Part shown: one piece after another, positions 16,648 to 29,402 of the stretch | Layout of the letters: every line of letters starts with the position of its first letter | Numbering within the stretch: position 1 is the stretch's first letter | From: Buchnera aphidicola str. APS (Acyrthosiphon pisum) | Lineage (GTDB): Bacteria > Pseudomonadota > Gammaproteobacteria > Enterobacterales > Enterobacteriaceae | DNA length: 32,000 nucleotides | Direction of reading: 5' to 3' | Assembly: GCF_000009605.1 (NCBI RefSeq) | Contig: NC_002528.1 | Span: forward strand, 1-32,000 | The notes under the pieces: generated by a model | The model's database searches: none | What the model was told of the DNA's origin: nothing | Seen by the model: only the letters and a program-made list of their open reading frames with translations | Program-made: the position numbers and the translations under genes

Positions 16648-18009
16648 ATGATGCGTAATGAAACTATTGTCGCCCAAGTTACCTGTCCAGGAAAAAGTGC
16701 TGTTGGAATATTGAGAATATCTGGTTTTCAGACAAAGATAGTTGCTATAAAAATTTTAGGTAAAATTCCACTAGCTAGATTTGCGACTTATTCAAACTTT
16801 TTAGATGAAAATAATGAAATATTAGATAAAGGAATATCTTTATGGTTTCCTGCTCCTCATTCTTTAACAGGTGAAGATGTACTAGAATTACAAGGCCATG
16901 GTAGTCCATTAATAATGGATTTACTAATAAGAAGGATTTTGTCTATTAATAATATTAGAATGGCTAAACCAGGGGAATTTTCTGAACGTGCTTTTTTAAA
17001 TGGAAAAATGGATTTAATTCAAGCGGAATCTATAGATGATTTAATTAATTCAGAAACAGAATTATCCGCTCGTGCTTCATTAAATTCATTACAAGGAAAA
17101 TTTTCTTTTTTTATTAAAGAACTGATGAATTTGATTATTGAATTTCGTATTAATATAGAATCAAATATAGACTTTTCAGAAGAAGAAATTAATATTAATA
17201 TGCAGGATATAATTAATATAAAATTTCGAGAACTACATGATAAATTTTTGAAATTAAAGGCTACAGTTTTAAAAGGAAGTCTCTTAAGAGAAGGGAAAAA
17301 AATCGTAATTGCTGGACTTCCTAATTCCGGGAAGTCTAGCTTATTAAATATTTTATCATATTCTGATAGAGCTATAGTAACTGATATACCTGGTACTACA
17401 CGAGATCTTCTATATGAAGATATCAGTATTAATGGTGTTAGATGTGAATTAATTGATACAGCAGGTCTGCGTGATACAGATGATAAAGTTGAACGTATTG
17501 GTATCATGCGTGCTTGGGAAATGATTAGAAAATCTGATCATGTTCTTTTTGTAATTGATAAGACACTTAGTAAATCAAAACAAAAAAAAATATGTGATGA
17601 TTTTATGAAAAATATTTTAAACAATAAAACTCAAGTAACATTTGTTTTAAATAAAAACGATTTAATAAAAGATGAATTTGGTATTAAAGAAATAGATGGA
17701 ACGGCATTTATTAGTATATCAGCACGTACAGGTGAGGGTGTTAATATTTTACGTGAACATATAATAAAAATTGAAAAAAATATAAATAATGAAAGTGTTT
17801 TCATTGCTCGTCGTCGTCATATCAAACAACTTGATTTAGCGTACGATGAGTTTTTAACTGCCGAAAATACATGGAGAGAGTCTGAGAATATTGAATTACT
17901 AGCAGAATCTTTAAGTATTATAAGTAAGTTTTTAGGCGAGATAATAGGTCAGTGTACTTCTGAAGACTTATTAAATCATATTTTCTCAAGTTTTTGTATT
18001 GGAAAATAA
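16648..18009 (+). CDS. mnmE: tRNA modification GTPase MnmE (TrmE/ThdF). Start may be ATG 16651
   Basis: 453 aa. [36 protein letters not shown]-terminal FCIGK. Confidence 0.98.
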
Positions 18010-18028
18010 ATTTTAAAAGAACAAAATT

Positions 18029-18101
18029 TGCCCGGAGGCGGAATTGAACCACCGACACGGGGATTTTCAGTCCCCTGCTCTACCAACTGAGCTATCCGGG
18101 C
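18029..18101 (-). tRNA. tRNA-Phe (anticodon GAA), 73 nt, CCA not encoded
   Basis: Reverse complement GCCCGGATAGCTCAGTTGGTAGAGCAGGGGACTGAAAATCCCCGTGTCGGTGGTTCAATTCCGCCTCCGGGCA folds as a full cloverleaf, anticodon loop CTGAAAA. Confidence 0.97.
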
Positions 18102-18262
18102 TTTTTTTATATTAAATCATCAAATGTAAAATGTTGTCAATGTTTTTTATTGTAAAAATTTTTTATATTTATATTTTATTGTTTTTTTAAAAAAAATTAC
18201 TTTTTTAAAATATTTTAAAATATAAACTTTCTTAAATAAAAAAATAAAAAAATAATTTTTAC

Positions 18263-18292
18263 CCTTGAAAGTTTTAATAAATATCCCTATAT
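18263..18292 (+). promoter_or_regulatory. Putative sigma-32 (RpoH) heat-shock promoter of groES-groEL
   Basis: CCTTGAAA then about 13 nt then TCCCTATAT, close to the sigma-32 consensus CTTGAAA-N11-16-CCCCAT-T, about 85-110 nt upstream of groES. rpoH is encoded in the same window. Confidence 0.8.
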
Positions 18293-18375
18293 TTAAAATA
18301 AGAGAAAAATATTAAATTAATAAAAAATAATTTTTTAAAATAATCTAGAAAGATTATTTACAGGAGCATTATCAT

Positions 18376-18666
18376 ATGAAAATTCGTCCATTGCATGATC
18401 GTGTGCTTGTTAAGCGTCAAGAAGTCGAATCAAAATCTGCAGGTGGTATTGTATTAACAGGATCTGCTGCAGGGAAATCGACTCGAGGAACAGTGACAGC
18501 TGTTGGAAAAGGTCGTGTTTTAGATAATGGAGACATTAAACCATTAGATGTAAAAGTTGGTGATGTTGTTATTTTTAATGAAGGTTATGGTGCAAAAACA
18601 GAAAAAATTGATAACGAAGAATTATTAATTCTAACTGAAAGCGACATTTTAGCAATTGTTGAATAG
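18376..18666 (+). CDS. groS: Co-chaperonin GroES
   Basis: 96 aa, [38 protein letters not shown]. Confidence 0.99.
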   Translation: MKIRPLHDRVLVKRQEVESKSAGGIVLTGSAAGKSTRGTVTAVGKGRVLDNGDIKPLDVKVGDVVIFNEGYGAKTEKIDNEELLILTESDILAIVE

Positions 18667-18690
18667 TAAACCACATGCTATATCCATTGA

Positions 18691-20361
<1,671 letters not shown>

Positions 20362-20409
20362 TAAAAAGTTTATTTTATTACAATTTTTTGAAACAATTTT
20401 AAAAATACC

Positions 20410-20443
20410 TTTCCTCAGAATCACTATTCTGAGGAAATTTTTT
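20410..20443 (+). terminator. Strong intrinsic terminator after groEL
   Basis: TTTCCTCAGAAT-CACT-ATTCTGAGGAAA: 12 bp perfect stem with 4 nt loop, followed by T6. Confidence 0.93.
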
Positions 20444-21026
20444 ATGTTCTTTGAATATAGAAATTATTTTACTTTTGAAATAAATGATTAGAATCTTGTT
20501 CTAATAACGTTTAAAAATAATCAGCACTATTTTCTAATATTGAATATATAAAAATATTTTTATGTAAAAAAAAATCTCTAAATTTTTTTGAATCAGTATT
20601 ATTAAATACTTTAATAGTAAAATTACAATCAATAAAACAATAGTACCTTTTTTAATTTATAAAAATAACTCATCAAATAGTATTTTATTTTTTTGATACT
20701 AAACATCATTTAAGGTGATAATTTTAGAAGGAGCTAAATACATATTAAAGATTTATATATAGAGGTGCTATAACGATCATCTATTTTAAATTTTTTATAT
20801 TTTTTTATAAAACTTGGATTCAAAATGTAATTGTAGGTATTTTATATGCTTATATAATGATTTTTTTAAAAATTATATTTAGCATTTAAAATATTATTTT
20901 CTTATATAGAAGACTATACTTTACTTTATTTGTGTATTATATTTTTATGTTAGAATATATTTTACTTAGCAACATAAATTAATAATGTTATATAATCAGA
21001 AATCTTTTCATATAAATAGAGGTTGT

Positions 21027-21596
21027 ATGAGAATATATCATAGTAATAATTTTCGTTCAGGTCGTAAAATTATTTTCGAAAACGAGCCGTGTTTGATAGA
21101 ATCTAGTGAATTTGTAAAACCTGGAAAAGGTCAATCTTTTGTTCGTGTAAAATTGAGAAAATTATTAACAAAACAACTTATAGAGAAAACATTTAAATCT
21201 ACAGATTCTTTAGAAATCGCTGATATTATAGAATATACACTTTCTTATTTATATAATGACGGTCGTTTTTGGTATTTTATAAATAATAATACTTTTGAGG
21301 AGTTATCAGTAGATGAAAAAATTATTGGAGTACATAAAAAATGGTTATTAGAACAAGATACATGTATTGTAACTTTATGGAATAATCAACCTATCTCAAT
21401 TACACCTAATAATTTTGTCAATCTAAAAGTCATACATGTTCAAGCAACTCTAAAAGGCGATACTATTAATACTAGTAGTACTAAATTAGCTACATTAAGT
21501 ACAGGTGCTATTGTAAGAGTCCCGTTGTTTATTCAAGTTGGTTCATTAATTAAAGTAGATACAAGATCGGGTGAATATGTATCGCGAATAAAATAG
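21027..21596 (+). CDS. efp: Elongation factor P
   Basis: ORF from 20985. ATG 21027 gives [17 protein letters not shown]...[19 protein letters not shown]...[13 protein letters not shown]. Confidence 0.97.
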   Translation: MRIYHSNNFRSGRKIIFENEPCLIESSEFVKPGKGQSFVRVKLRKLLTKQLIEKTFKSTDSLEIADIIEYTLSYLYNDGRFWYFINNNTFEELSVDEKIIGVHKKWLLEQDTCIVTLWNNQPISITPNNFVNLKVIHVQATLKGDTINTSSTKLATLSTGAIVRVPLFIQVGSLIKVDTRSGEYVSRIK

Positions 21597-21613
21597 AAAA
21601 ATTTTTTTATATA

Positions 21614-22354
21614 TTAGTATTCATTTCCCTTAACATATTGTCTGTAACTATCCCATTCAAAAGTTAACCATAAACTATTTCCTAAACGCATTCTATCAAT
21701 GACTCTTTCACCTAATAAACTTTTCATTCCTTTATGATCTAAATTAGACAACATTCCAGTAGAACGTTTTGAAGATGATCTTCTATCAACTATTTGATTA
21801 ATAATTACTTTTTCGTAACGAGATTCAGTTTGCATACCAATTTCATCAATCATTAACAAATCGACGCTGCTTAGATCATGTAATAAATTTTCTTCAGTGA
21901 TATTACTAGTCCCACTAAACGTTCCTTTCATATTAGACATTAAATCAGCTACTGTTACAAGTAAAATGCTCTTTCCATGTAAAATTAAGTAATTTCCTAT
22001 AGCAGATGCCAAATGATTTTTTCCTGTTCCGGGTTTACCTGAAAAAATAAAACTAGCAATATTTTCATTAAATTCTTCTGCATAGCGTTTCGATGCTTTT
22101 AGTACTTTTCTTTGACCATCATGTTCGATTTTATAATTGTCAAATGAACAGTTCATATATAATTCTCGAATACCTGATCTGCCTAGTACACGTTGCATTT
22201 TCATTGCTTTATTTTCACGTATTATAGATTCAGATGACAATCTTCCTTGTTCTTGATTCCAAGCTAATAAGTCTTCATCATTATCAAATTTAGGTTTAAT
22301 ATTTTTAGGCATAAGACGTTGAAGACGTTTAAAAAATTCAGTATAAAATGTCAT
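21614..22354 (-). CDS. dnaC: DNA replication protein DnaC (helicase loader)
   Basis: 246 aa. RENKAMKMQRVLGRSGIRELYMNCSFDNY and FIFSGKPGTGKNHLASAIGNYL. Confidence 0.97.
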   Translation of the reverse strand: MTFYTEFFKRLQRLMPKNIKPKFDNDEDLLAWNQEQGRLSSESIIRENKAMKMQRVLGRSGIRELYMNCSFDNYKIEHDGQRKVLKASKRYAEEFNENIASFIFSGKPGTGKNHLASAIGNYLILHGKSILLVTVADLMSNMKGTFSGTSNITEENLLHDLSSVDLLMIDEIGMQTESRYEKVIINQIVDRRSSSKRSTGMLSNLDHKGMKSLLGERVIDRMRLGNSLWLTFEWDSYRQYVKGNEY

Positions 22355-22848
22355 TATTTACCTCTAAATCCATTTGGTACAGTTTGATCGGGTGTTGGAA
22401 TATATGTAATGTCTCGTTTTTTTTGTGACATGTAACTAATTGATCTGCTTTTTTGTAGACTTCGAGCTAATTTTTGCTGCCATTGTATATGATGAAAAAA
22501 ACAACCTTCTGCTTGCCAATAAGAAATAAAAGATGCCAGTTCAGATTCTAATATTTCTTCAGTCAACGTAATCCCCCATAATGCAGCTTGACGAATGAAA
22601 TCTTTATCTGGAGTCCATTGTGGATGCATAGAAAATTTTTTTGAGATTTGTTGTTTTGTTTTATCTAGATCTAACAGATTACATTCAAGATCAAATATTT
22701 TTTTTAATATATAAGGTGTAATTACATAAAAAATAGGGGATTTATTTTTTAATACTCCTATAATTCCTTTGTTTGATTTTTCTAAAATTTTTATGGGATT
22801 TTTACAAAATAATTCAAGAGATATATTATCGGAAATTAAAATCTTCAT
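22354..22848 (-). CDS. dnaT: Primosomal protein DnaT
   Basis: 164 aa, overlaps the dnaC start. FSMHPQWTPDKDFIRQAALWGI and ESELASFISYWQAEGCFFHHIQWQQKLARSLQ. Confidence 0.93.
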   Translation of the reverse strand: MKILISDNISLELFCKNPIKILEKSNKGIIGVLKNKSPIFYVITPYILKKIFDLECNLLDLDKTKQQISKKFSMHPQWTPDKDFIRQAALWGITLTEEILESELASFISYWQAEGCFFHHIQWQQKLARSLQKSRSISYMSQKKRDITYIPTPDQTVPNGFRGK

Positions 22849-22944
22849 AAGTATTTCACTGTATTTAATTTTTTAAAATGTTTACGTATATTGTATATTA
22901 TCGGACTTTTTAAAACAAAATATTATTATTCTTATTGATTGATC

Positions 22945-23520
22945 TTATGTACTGCAAATATATAGATAGCATTGTATTTGATTTGTAATTTTTTTTTTAT
23001 ATAGAGTCCAATTTTTTGGTACAATTATGGATTGTTTTTTTTCTTGTTCTATATAAATAAAAGAATTTTTTTTAATCCATTTTTTATTTTCTAGTAAATT
23101 AATAGTTTTTTTAACTAATCCTTGATGATAAGGAGGATCAATAAAAATTATATCATATGGTTTGTTTCTAGTTTTTTTTAACCAATGCAGCGTATTAGTA
23201 CGTATAATTTCTACATTGTATATGTTTAACTCTTTTATATTTTTTTTAAGAGTAAGAAATGTTTTTTTTTCTATTTCTAATAAAGTTGAAAAGGCTGCAT
23301 AACGAGATATAGCTTCTATCCCTAATACACCACTACCTGCAAAACAATCAAGACATCGAGAGTTTTTAATGTATTTAGATAACCATTCAAATAGTGTTTC
23401 TCTTATTTGATTAGTAGTAGGACGTAAGTTTGGAATGTTTTTAAAAGATATCTTTCTTCCCTTAAGATTTCCAGAAATAATGTAAATTTTACTATTTTTT
23501 CTAAAAAAAGAATTGTTCAT
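22945..23520 (-). CDS. rsmD: 16S rRNA (guanine966-N2)-methyltransferase RsmD
   Basis: 191 aa. RPTTNQIRETLFEWL, CLDCFAGSGVLGIEAISRYA and DIIFIDPPYHQG motifs. Confidence 0.95.
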   Translation of the reverse strand: MNNSFFRKNSKIYIISGNLKGRKISFKNIPNLRPTTNQIRETLFEWLSKYIKNSRCLDCFAGSGVLGIEAISRYAAFSTLLEIEKKTFLTLKKNIKELNIYNVEIIRTNTLHWLKKTRNKPYDIIFIDPPYHQGLVKKTINLLENKKWIKKNSFIYIEQEKKQSIIVPKNWTLYKKKITNQIQCYLYICST

Positions 23521-23650
23521 TTTATTAAATTATTTATGTTAGTGATATAATTTATCTAAATATTAACAACGACTTAAAAATATTTTATTTTTTAATATTA
23601 GATATTTTGAGAAAAATAGTTTTGACTTATAAAGTAAAAGGCAAAATAAC

Positions 23651-24787
23651 ATGAAAGATAGTAAAAAAAATGGTTTTTTTTCTTGGTTAAGTTCTAAAAT
23701 AAAAAAAAAGAAAACAATAGATATTAGACAAAATAATACAGATAAAAATCATGATATTAATCATGAAGACTTATATACCAAGAAAGATCTTTTAATTAAA
23801 CAAGATAATCCTAAAAAAGATGAAATAGATACACTTAATGATCATGGTAAAGATATAGAGAAGGCACAAAACACAAAAAATAATTTTTTTTTGCGTTTGA
23901 AAAAAAGTTTAAAAACAACAAAAAAGAATCTTGGTGATAAAATTTATCAAATTTTTTTATCAAAAAAAATCGATGAAGTTCTTTTTGAAGAATTAGAAGA
24001 AAAAATGTTGTTAGCTGATATTGGAATTAATACCACTAATCGAATTATTAGTAATTTAATTAAAGATGTCAATCGTGAAGATTTAAAAAATTCTGAAAAA
24101 TTGTATTTTTTATTAAAAAGAAAAATGTTTAATATTTTAAAAAAAGTTGAAATACCTTTAGAAATATCTAGTCATAGTCCTTTTGTGATTTTAGTTGTAG
24201 GAGTCAATGGTACAGGAAAAACTACAACAGTTGCTAAACTTGCAGAAAAATATAAACTAGAAGGGAAATCTATCATGTTAGCTGCTGCAGATACATTTAG
24301 AGCTGCAGGTATAGAACAACTTCAAACATTAGGAAAATTAAACAATATACCTGTAATAGCACAACGTTCTGGTTCAGATCCTGCAGCAGTAATATTTGAT
24401 GCTGTAAAATCAGCTAAATCAAAAAAAATAGATGTTTTAATTATTGATACAGCGGGTAGATTGCATAATAAATTGCATTTAATAGAAGAGTTAAAAAAAA
24501 TAGTTAGAGTAATTAAAAAAATAGATATATCTGCACCACATGAAAAACTGTTAATTATTGATTCATGTAATGGACAAAATACAATACAACAAACAGAAAT
24601 ATTCCATAAAGCATTAAATTTAACTGGAATTATAATTACAAAGTTAGATGGAACGGCAAAAGGAGGAGTTGTTTTTTCTTTGGCTGATCAATTTCAAATT
24701 CCTATTCGTTATATTGGGATTGGTGAAAAAATGCAAGATTTAGGTCATTTTAATAGTCAAGAATTTATTGAGTCTATATTTACATAG
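23651..24787 (+). CDS. ftsY: Signal recognition particle receptor FtsY
   Basis: 378 aa with charged N-terminus. VGVNGTGKTTTVAKLAEKY, DTFRAAGIEQL, TKLDGTAKGGV. Confidence 0.98.
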   Translation: MKDSKKNGFFSWLSSKIKKKKTIDIRQNNTDKNHDINHEDLYTKKDLLIKQDNPKKDEIDTLNDHGKDIEKAQNTKNNFFLRLKKSLKTTKKNLGDKIYQIFLSKKIDEVLFEELEEKMLLADIGINTTNRIISNLIKDVNREDLKNSEKLYFLLKRKMFNILKKVEIPLEISSHSPFVILVVGVNGTGKTTTVAKLAEKYKLEGKSIMLAAADTFRAAGIEQLQTLGKLNNIPVIAQRSGSDPAAVIFDAVKSAKSKKIDVLIIDTAGRLHNKLHLIEELKKIVRVIKKIDISAPHEKLLIIDSCNGQNTIQQTEIFHKALNLTGIIITKLDGTAKGGVVFSLADQFQIPIRYIGIGEKMQDLGHFNSQEFIESIFT

Positions 24788-24949
24788 AAAAGGATATTAT
24801 TTTAAAAATAAAAATGTTCTATTTTTTATAAAATATAGTTTAATTATTTTTTGTATAAATCTTTGATTTATATTTTTAATTAAAGTACTATAGGTATATC
24901 CCACATGTTTATAATTCAGTATATATGATTCGTTGATGCGGGAATTAAA

Positions 24950-25804
24950 ATGATTAATAAAGTACAGATTTTATCTGTAACACCACCAGGTAATTTAGAT
25001 GCTTATATCAGAATAGCTAATTTATGGCCGATGCTGTCAATTGAAGAAGAAAAAAAATTAACCAAACGATTGCGTTATAATGGCGATTTAGATGCGGCAA
25101 AAACTTTAATTTTATCTCACCTCCGTTTTGTAATTCATATTTCACGTAACTATTCAGGATACGGTTTACTGCAATCTGATCTCATACAAGAAGGCAATAT
25201 AGGATTAATGAAAGCAGTACGTAGATTTAATCCAGAAATAGGCGTACGTCTTGTGTCTTTTGCAGTTCACTGGATTAAATCTGAAATACATGAGTATGTT
25301 TTACGTAATTGGCGTATCGTGAAAGTTGCTACTACTAAATCTCAAAGAAAACTATTTTTTAATTTAAGAAAAACAAAAAAAAGATTAGGATGGTTTAATG
25401 AAGAAGAAATTCAAATAGTAGCTAGAGAGTTAGGCGTTAGCAGTAGAGATGTAAGAGAAATGGAATCTCGAATGTCCGCTCAAGATGTTGCTTTTAATCC
25501 GTCACCTGAAGAGCATTGTGATAGTAAAACAAATAGCTCTATACAATATTTACAAGATAAAACTTCTAATTTTGCCAATGGAGTAGAACAAGATAATTGG
25601 GAAGAACATGCTGCGAATAAATTAAGTAGCGCGTTATTAAGATTAGATGAACGTAGTCGTCATATTATTCATGCGCGTTGGTTAGATAAAAATAAAAAAA
25701 ATACCTTGCAGAATATCGCAAATAATTATGGAATTTCTGCAGAACGCGTACGACAATTAGAAAAAAATGCAATGAAAAAATTAAAATTAGCCATAGAAGC
25801 TTAA
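24950..25804 (+). CDS. rpoH: RNA polymerase sigma-32 factor
   Basis: 284 aa. [12 protein letters not shown] RpoH-box-like sequence, [33 protein letters not shown]. Confidence 0.98.
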   Translation: MINKVQILSVTPPGNLDAYIRIANLWPMLSIEEEKKLTKRLRYNGDLDAAKTLILSHLRFVIHISRNYSGYGLLQSDLIQEGNIGLMKAVRRFNPEIGVRLVSFAVHWIKSEIHEYVLRNWRIVKVATTKSQRKLFFNLRKTKKRLGWFNEEEIQIVARELGVSSRDVREMESRMSAQDVAFNPSPEEHCDSKTNSSIQYLQDKTSNFANGVEQDNWEEHAANKLSSALLRLDERSRHIIHARWLDKNKKNTLQNIANNYGISAERVRQLEKNAMKKLKLAIEA

Positions 25805-25858
25805 TTAAAAATGACATTTTTAATACAAAAAAAATTTTTTATTAAAAATTATTTATAT

Positions 25859-25910
25859 AGAGTATGAGACTAAGTTTAATTCATTCAAAAAACTCATACT
25901 CTTTTTTTTT
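25859..25910 (+). terminator. Intrinsic terminator between convergent rpoH and glmS
   Basis: AGAGTATGAG (25859-25868) pairs perfectly with CTCATACTCT (25893-25902), followed by a T tract to 25910. Confidence 0.8.
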
Positions 25911-25944
25911 AGATTAATGAAAATTTTTTATAGATTAATAAATT

Positions 25945-27774
25945 TTATTCTACTGTTACCGATTTAGCTAAGTGTCTCGGTTGATCAATATCCCTTCCTT
26001 TTTTTAATGCAACATAATAAGCAAATAATTGTAGGGGAATTGTATAAAAAATAGGTGCTATTAATTCTTCTACATACGGAAGCTTTATAGTATTTATATT
26101 TTCTTCATAATCAAATTCTTGATTAGAAAAAACATAAACTATTCCTCCTCTAGAACATATTTCTTTAATATTTTTTTTATTTTTCTCTAATAGAGAATTT
26201 TCAGGAGCAATCATAATAACTGGTATATTTTTATCGATTAATGCTAGAGGACCGTGTTTGAGTTCTCCAGATGGATAAGCTTCGGCATGAATATAAGAAA
26301 TTTCTTTTAATTTCAAAGCACCTTCCATTGCAATTGGATACTGATTACCTCTTCCAAGAAAGAGCATGTTTTTTTTATTAGCTAATGTATTAGCCATATC
26401 TTGTATTAATTGTTTTTTTTTTAAAATTTCTTCAATTCTAACAGGTAAAATACTTAATGTTTGTACAATTCTTTTTGAGGTATTATTGTTTTCTTTTTTT
26501 GAATTTATTATTTTAGCAACTAATAAAAGTAAAACAGTCAATTGAGTCGTAAAAGATTTTGTAGAAGCCACTCCTATTTCTAATCCCGCTTTAGTTAGTA
26601 TATAAAAATCAGATTCTCTTACTAAAGATGAACTTTTCATATTGCATATAGTTAGATTTCCTAAATATCCAAGTTTTTTAGAATACCTCAATGCAGATAA
26701 CGTATCAGCAGTTTCTCCTGATTGTGACAAAGTAATTAATAAACTCTTTTTTCTTACAACTAGTTTTCTTGAAGAAAATTCAGATGCAATTTCTACATCA
26801 CAAGGAATATTTGCAAGTTCTTCAAACCAGTATCGAGAAACCATAGCAGCATTATAAGAAGTACCACATGCAACTATTTGTATATGTTCTGTATTATAAA
26901 ATATATTATTTTCTTTTGATCCTAATTCAGAAAAATGTACTTTATTACTATTTGTTAGACGATTTTTTAAAGTATTACGAATTGATTTAGGTTGTTCATG
27001 TATTTCTTTTTCCATATAATAACGGTACTTTCCCTTCTTTGCTGATTTGTATTCTATATTAGATACTACTTCTTCTCGTTGAATTATAGAATTATTTTTA
27101 TTAAAGATGTTAATTTCTTTTCTTGCGACAATGGCAATATCGCCTTCTTCTAAGTATATAAAACGTTTTGTTACATGCAATAATGCAATTTGATCAGAAG
27201 CTATAAAATTTTCTTCTGTTCCTAATCCTATAATTAATGGACTTCCAGAACGTGCTGCTATTAATTTGGAAGGATTATTTTGATCTATTACTACCATACT
27301 ATAATTACCATCTAATTTTTTTATACTATTTTGTATAACTTTTATGAGGGAATCTTTTTTTTTGTTTTGTTCCCAATGTAATAAATGTGCAATTACTTCT
27401 GTATCAGTATCTGAAGAAAATATATATCCTTGTTTTTTTAAAAATCCACGCAGTGTGGAATTGTTTTCAATAATTCCATTATGTACAACAATAATATTAG
27501 AAGAAATATGTGGATGAGTATTCTCTTTTGAGACTTTCCCGTGAGTAGCCCATCGAGTATGAGCAACTCCAATACTACCAAGTATTTTTTTTTTATTTGT
27601 TTTTTTTATAAGTTCGTTGACCTTTCCAACACAACGAATTCTAACAATATTGTTTTTATTATCTATTACAGCCAATCCTGAAGAATCATATCCTCGGTAT
27701 TCTAGTTTTTTAATACCATCGATAAGAAAATTGGCAATATTACGTTGTGTTACTGCAGCAACAATACCACACAT
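25945..27774 (-). CDS. glmS: Glutamine--fructose-6-phosphate aminotransferase (isomerizing)
   Basis: ORF to 27810. [12 protein letters not shown] start at 27774 exposes the N-terminal nucleophile Cys. C-terminal [13 protein letters not shown]. Confidence 0.98.
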   Translation of the reverse strand: MCGIVAAVTQRNIANFLIDGIKKLEYRGYDSSGLAVIDNKNNIVRIRCVGKVNELIKKTNKKKILGSIGVAHTRWATHGKVSKENTHPHISSNIIVVHNGIIENNSTLRGFLKKQGYIFSSDTDTEVIAHLLHWEQNKKKDSLIKVIQNSIKKLDGNYSMVVIDQNNPSKLIAARSGSPLIIGLGTEENFIASDQIALLHVTKRFIYLEEGDIAIVARKEINIFNKNNSIIQREEVVSNIEYKSAKKGKYRYYMEKEIHEQPKSIRNTLKNRLTNSNKVHFSELGSKENNIFYNTEHIQIVACGTSYNAAMVSRYWFEELANIPCDVEIASEFSSRKLVVRKKSLLITLSQSGETADTLSALRYSKKLGYLGNLTICNMKSSSLVRESDFYILTKAGLEIGVASTKSFTTQLTVLLLLVAKIINSKKENNNTSKRIVQTLSILPVRIEEILKKKQLIQDMANTLANKKNMLFLGRGNQYPIAMEGALKLKEISYIHAEAYPSGELKHGPLALIDKNIPVIMIAPENSLLEKNKKNIKEICSRGGIVYVFSNQEFDYEENINTIKLPYVEELIAPIFYTIPLQLFAYYVALKKGRDIDQPRHLAKSVTVE

Positions 27775-27843
27775 ATTGATACCTTTCATTTTTTTATTAA
27801 AAAATTTCATTTTAATATAAATATATTGATTTAATAAGCTATG

Positions 27844-29223
27844 TTAATTTTTTTTAATGATTTTTTTTGAACGCATCCAGTTTTTTTTGTATTTTTGTTC
27901 TTTAGTGTTATAAACTAAACATGGTGTATTGACGTCTTTTGTTACAGTAGTACCTGCTGCAATAGTAGTATTTTTTGCGATTTTTATAGGAGCGATCAGT
28001 TGTGTATTAGAACCTACTAAAACATTATCACCAATAATAGTTTTGAATTTATTTGCTCCATCATAATTACATGTAATACTACCTGCTCCAATGTTTACTT
28101 TAGAACCAATTTCAGAATTACCAAGATAACTTAAGTGTTTTACCTTAGATTCATTTTTAATAAAAGTATCTTTTGTTTCAACAAAATTTCCTATATGAAC
28201 ATTTCTATCTAATAAAGTATTTGATCGCAAATGAGCAAATGGACCTATAATACAGCCTTTTCCTATTTTAGAATTTTCTATAATTGTATATGCTTGAATG
28301 TTAGTATTACTATCAATACTACTATTTCTAATAATACATCCAGGACCGATTTTAACATCGTCACCTAAAATAACATTATTTTCTAAAATCACACCTGTGT
28401 CTATTTCAACGTTTTGACCATGTTGTAATGTTCCTCTAAAAATAAAATGAGATGGATCTTTTATTGTAACTCCATTGATAAGAAGTTTATTAATTTGTTT
28501 TTTTTGAAAAATTTTCTCTAAATTAGATAATTGCAACTTATTATTAATCCCTAATATCTCTTCATAATTTAATGGTTCTATTGTTTTAATAAAACTACCT
28601 TCAAGATGAGCTAAAGCGATAATATCTGTTGCATAAAACTCTTGTTTTTCATTTTTTTTATCAATTTTTTTTAGCCATCGTGTTAAATCTTTACTTTGAG
28701 CTATAAAAATACCTGAATATATTTCTTTAATATTTTTTTGTTCATTGGAAGCATCTTGATCTTCTATTATACTAATAACTTTTCCTTTTTTTCGTAAAAT
28801 ACGGCCATATCCATTAGGATTTTTTACTTTTGCAGTTAATAAACTAATTTTTGATTGTTTTTTAGATTTTTGTAATTTTTTTATTGATACTGGAGAAATA
28901 AATGGGACATCTCCATATAGAACTAGTATTTCTGTATTATCTGAAATTTTTTTTATTGCTAGCAGTATAGCATGACCTGTTCCTTGTGGTTTTTTTTGTA
29001 TTATCCATTGAATTGGGATGTTATAAATATTAGATAGTACAGGTTTTTTTTGATCACTGTAAACCAATATAATTTTTTTAGGTTTTATAGATTGAGCAGT
29101 TTCTATTACATGTTCTAAAATTGTTTTTCCTCCTAAAAAATGTAGTACTTTAGGATGATTAGATTTCATTCTAGTTCCTTTACCAGCTGCAAGTATTACG
29201 ATAATGATTTCTTGTGTTAACAT
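27844..29223 (-). CDS. glmU: Bifunctional N-acetylglucosamine-1-phosphate uridyltransferase / glucosamine-1-phosphate acetyltransferase
   Basis: 459 aa. VILAAGKGTRMKSNHPKVLH and left-handed beta-helix hexapeptide repeats, KVKHLSYLGNSEIGSKVNIGAGSITCNYDG. Confidence 0.98.
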   Translation of the reverse strand: MLTQEIIIVILAAGKGTRMKSNHPKVLHFLGGKTILEHVIETAQSIKPKKIILVYSDQKKPVLSNIYNIPIQWIIQKKPQGTGHAILLAIKKISDNTEILVLYGDVPFISPVSIKKLQKSKKQSKISLLTAKVKNPNGYGRILRKKGKVISIIEDQDASNEQKNIKEIYSGIFIAQSKDLTRWLKKIDKKNEKQEFYATDIIALAHLEGSFIKTIEPLNYEEILGINNKLQLSNLEKIFQKKQINKLLINGVTIKDPSHFIFRGTLQHGQNVEIDTGVILENNVILGDDVKIGPGCIIRNSSIDSNTNIQAYTIIENSKIGKGCIIGPFAHLRSNTLLDRNVHIGNFVETKDTFIKNESKVKHLSYLGNSEIGSKVNIGAGSITCNYDGANKFKTIIGDNVLVGSNTQLIAPIKIAKNTTIAAGTTVTKDVNTPCLVYNTKEQKYKKNWMRSKKIIKKN

Positions 29224-29402
29224 AAAAACCCTTTTTTTATATATTTTTTACTGAATAGTTTTAATTGATTGTACATTATTTTTTTTATATCGTAATTTGT
29301 TGATTCGAGAATATAAAATTTTTAATAAATACTTTTTACATGCAAATTAAGATATATAATATAGTATTCGTAATAAAATATATTATGTTTTTAAGGTTTT
29401 TT

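Noticed and set aside
17019-17507. 162 aa minus-strand ORF inside mnmE
   Set aside because: Fully antisense to a strongly conserved CDS, no recognisable domain; the amino-acid composition is what the complementary strand of AT-rich codons gives.
26642-27820. Plus-strand ORFs 26642-26857 and 27617-27820 antisense to glmS
   Set aside because: Short and contained in, or overlapping, glmS and its upstream end; no recognisable motifs.
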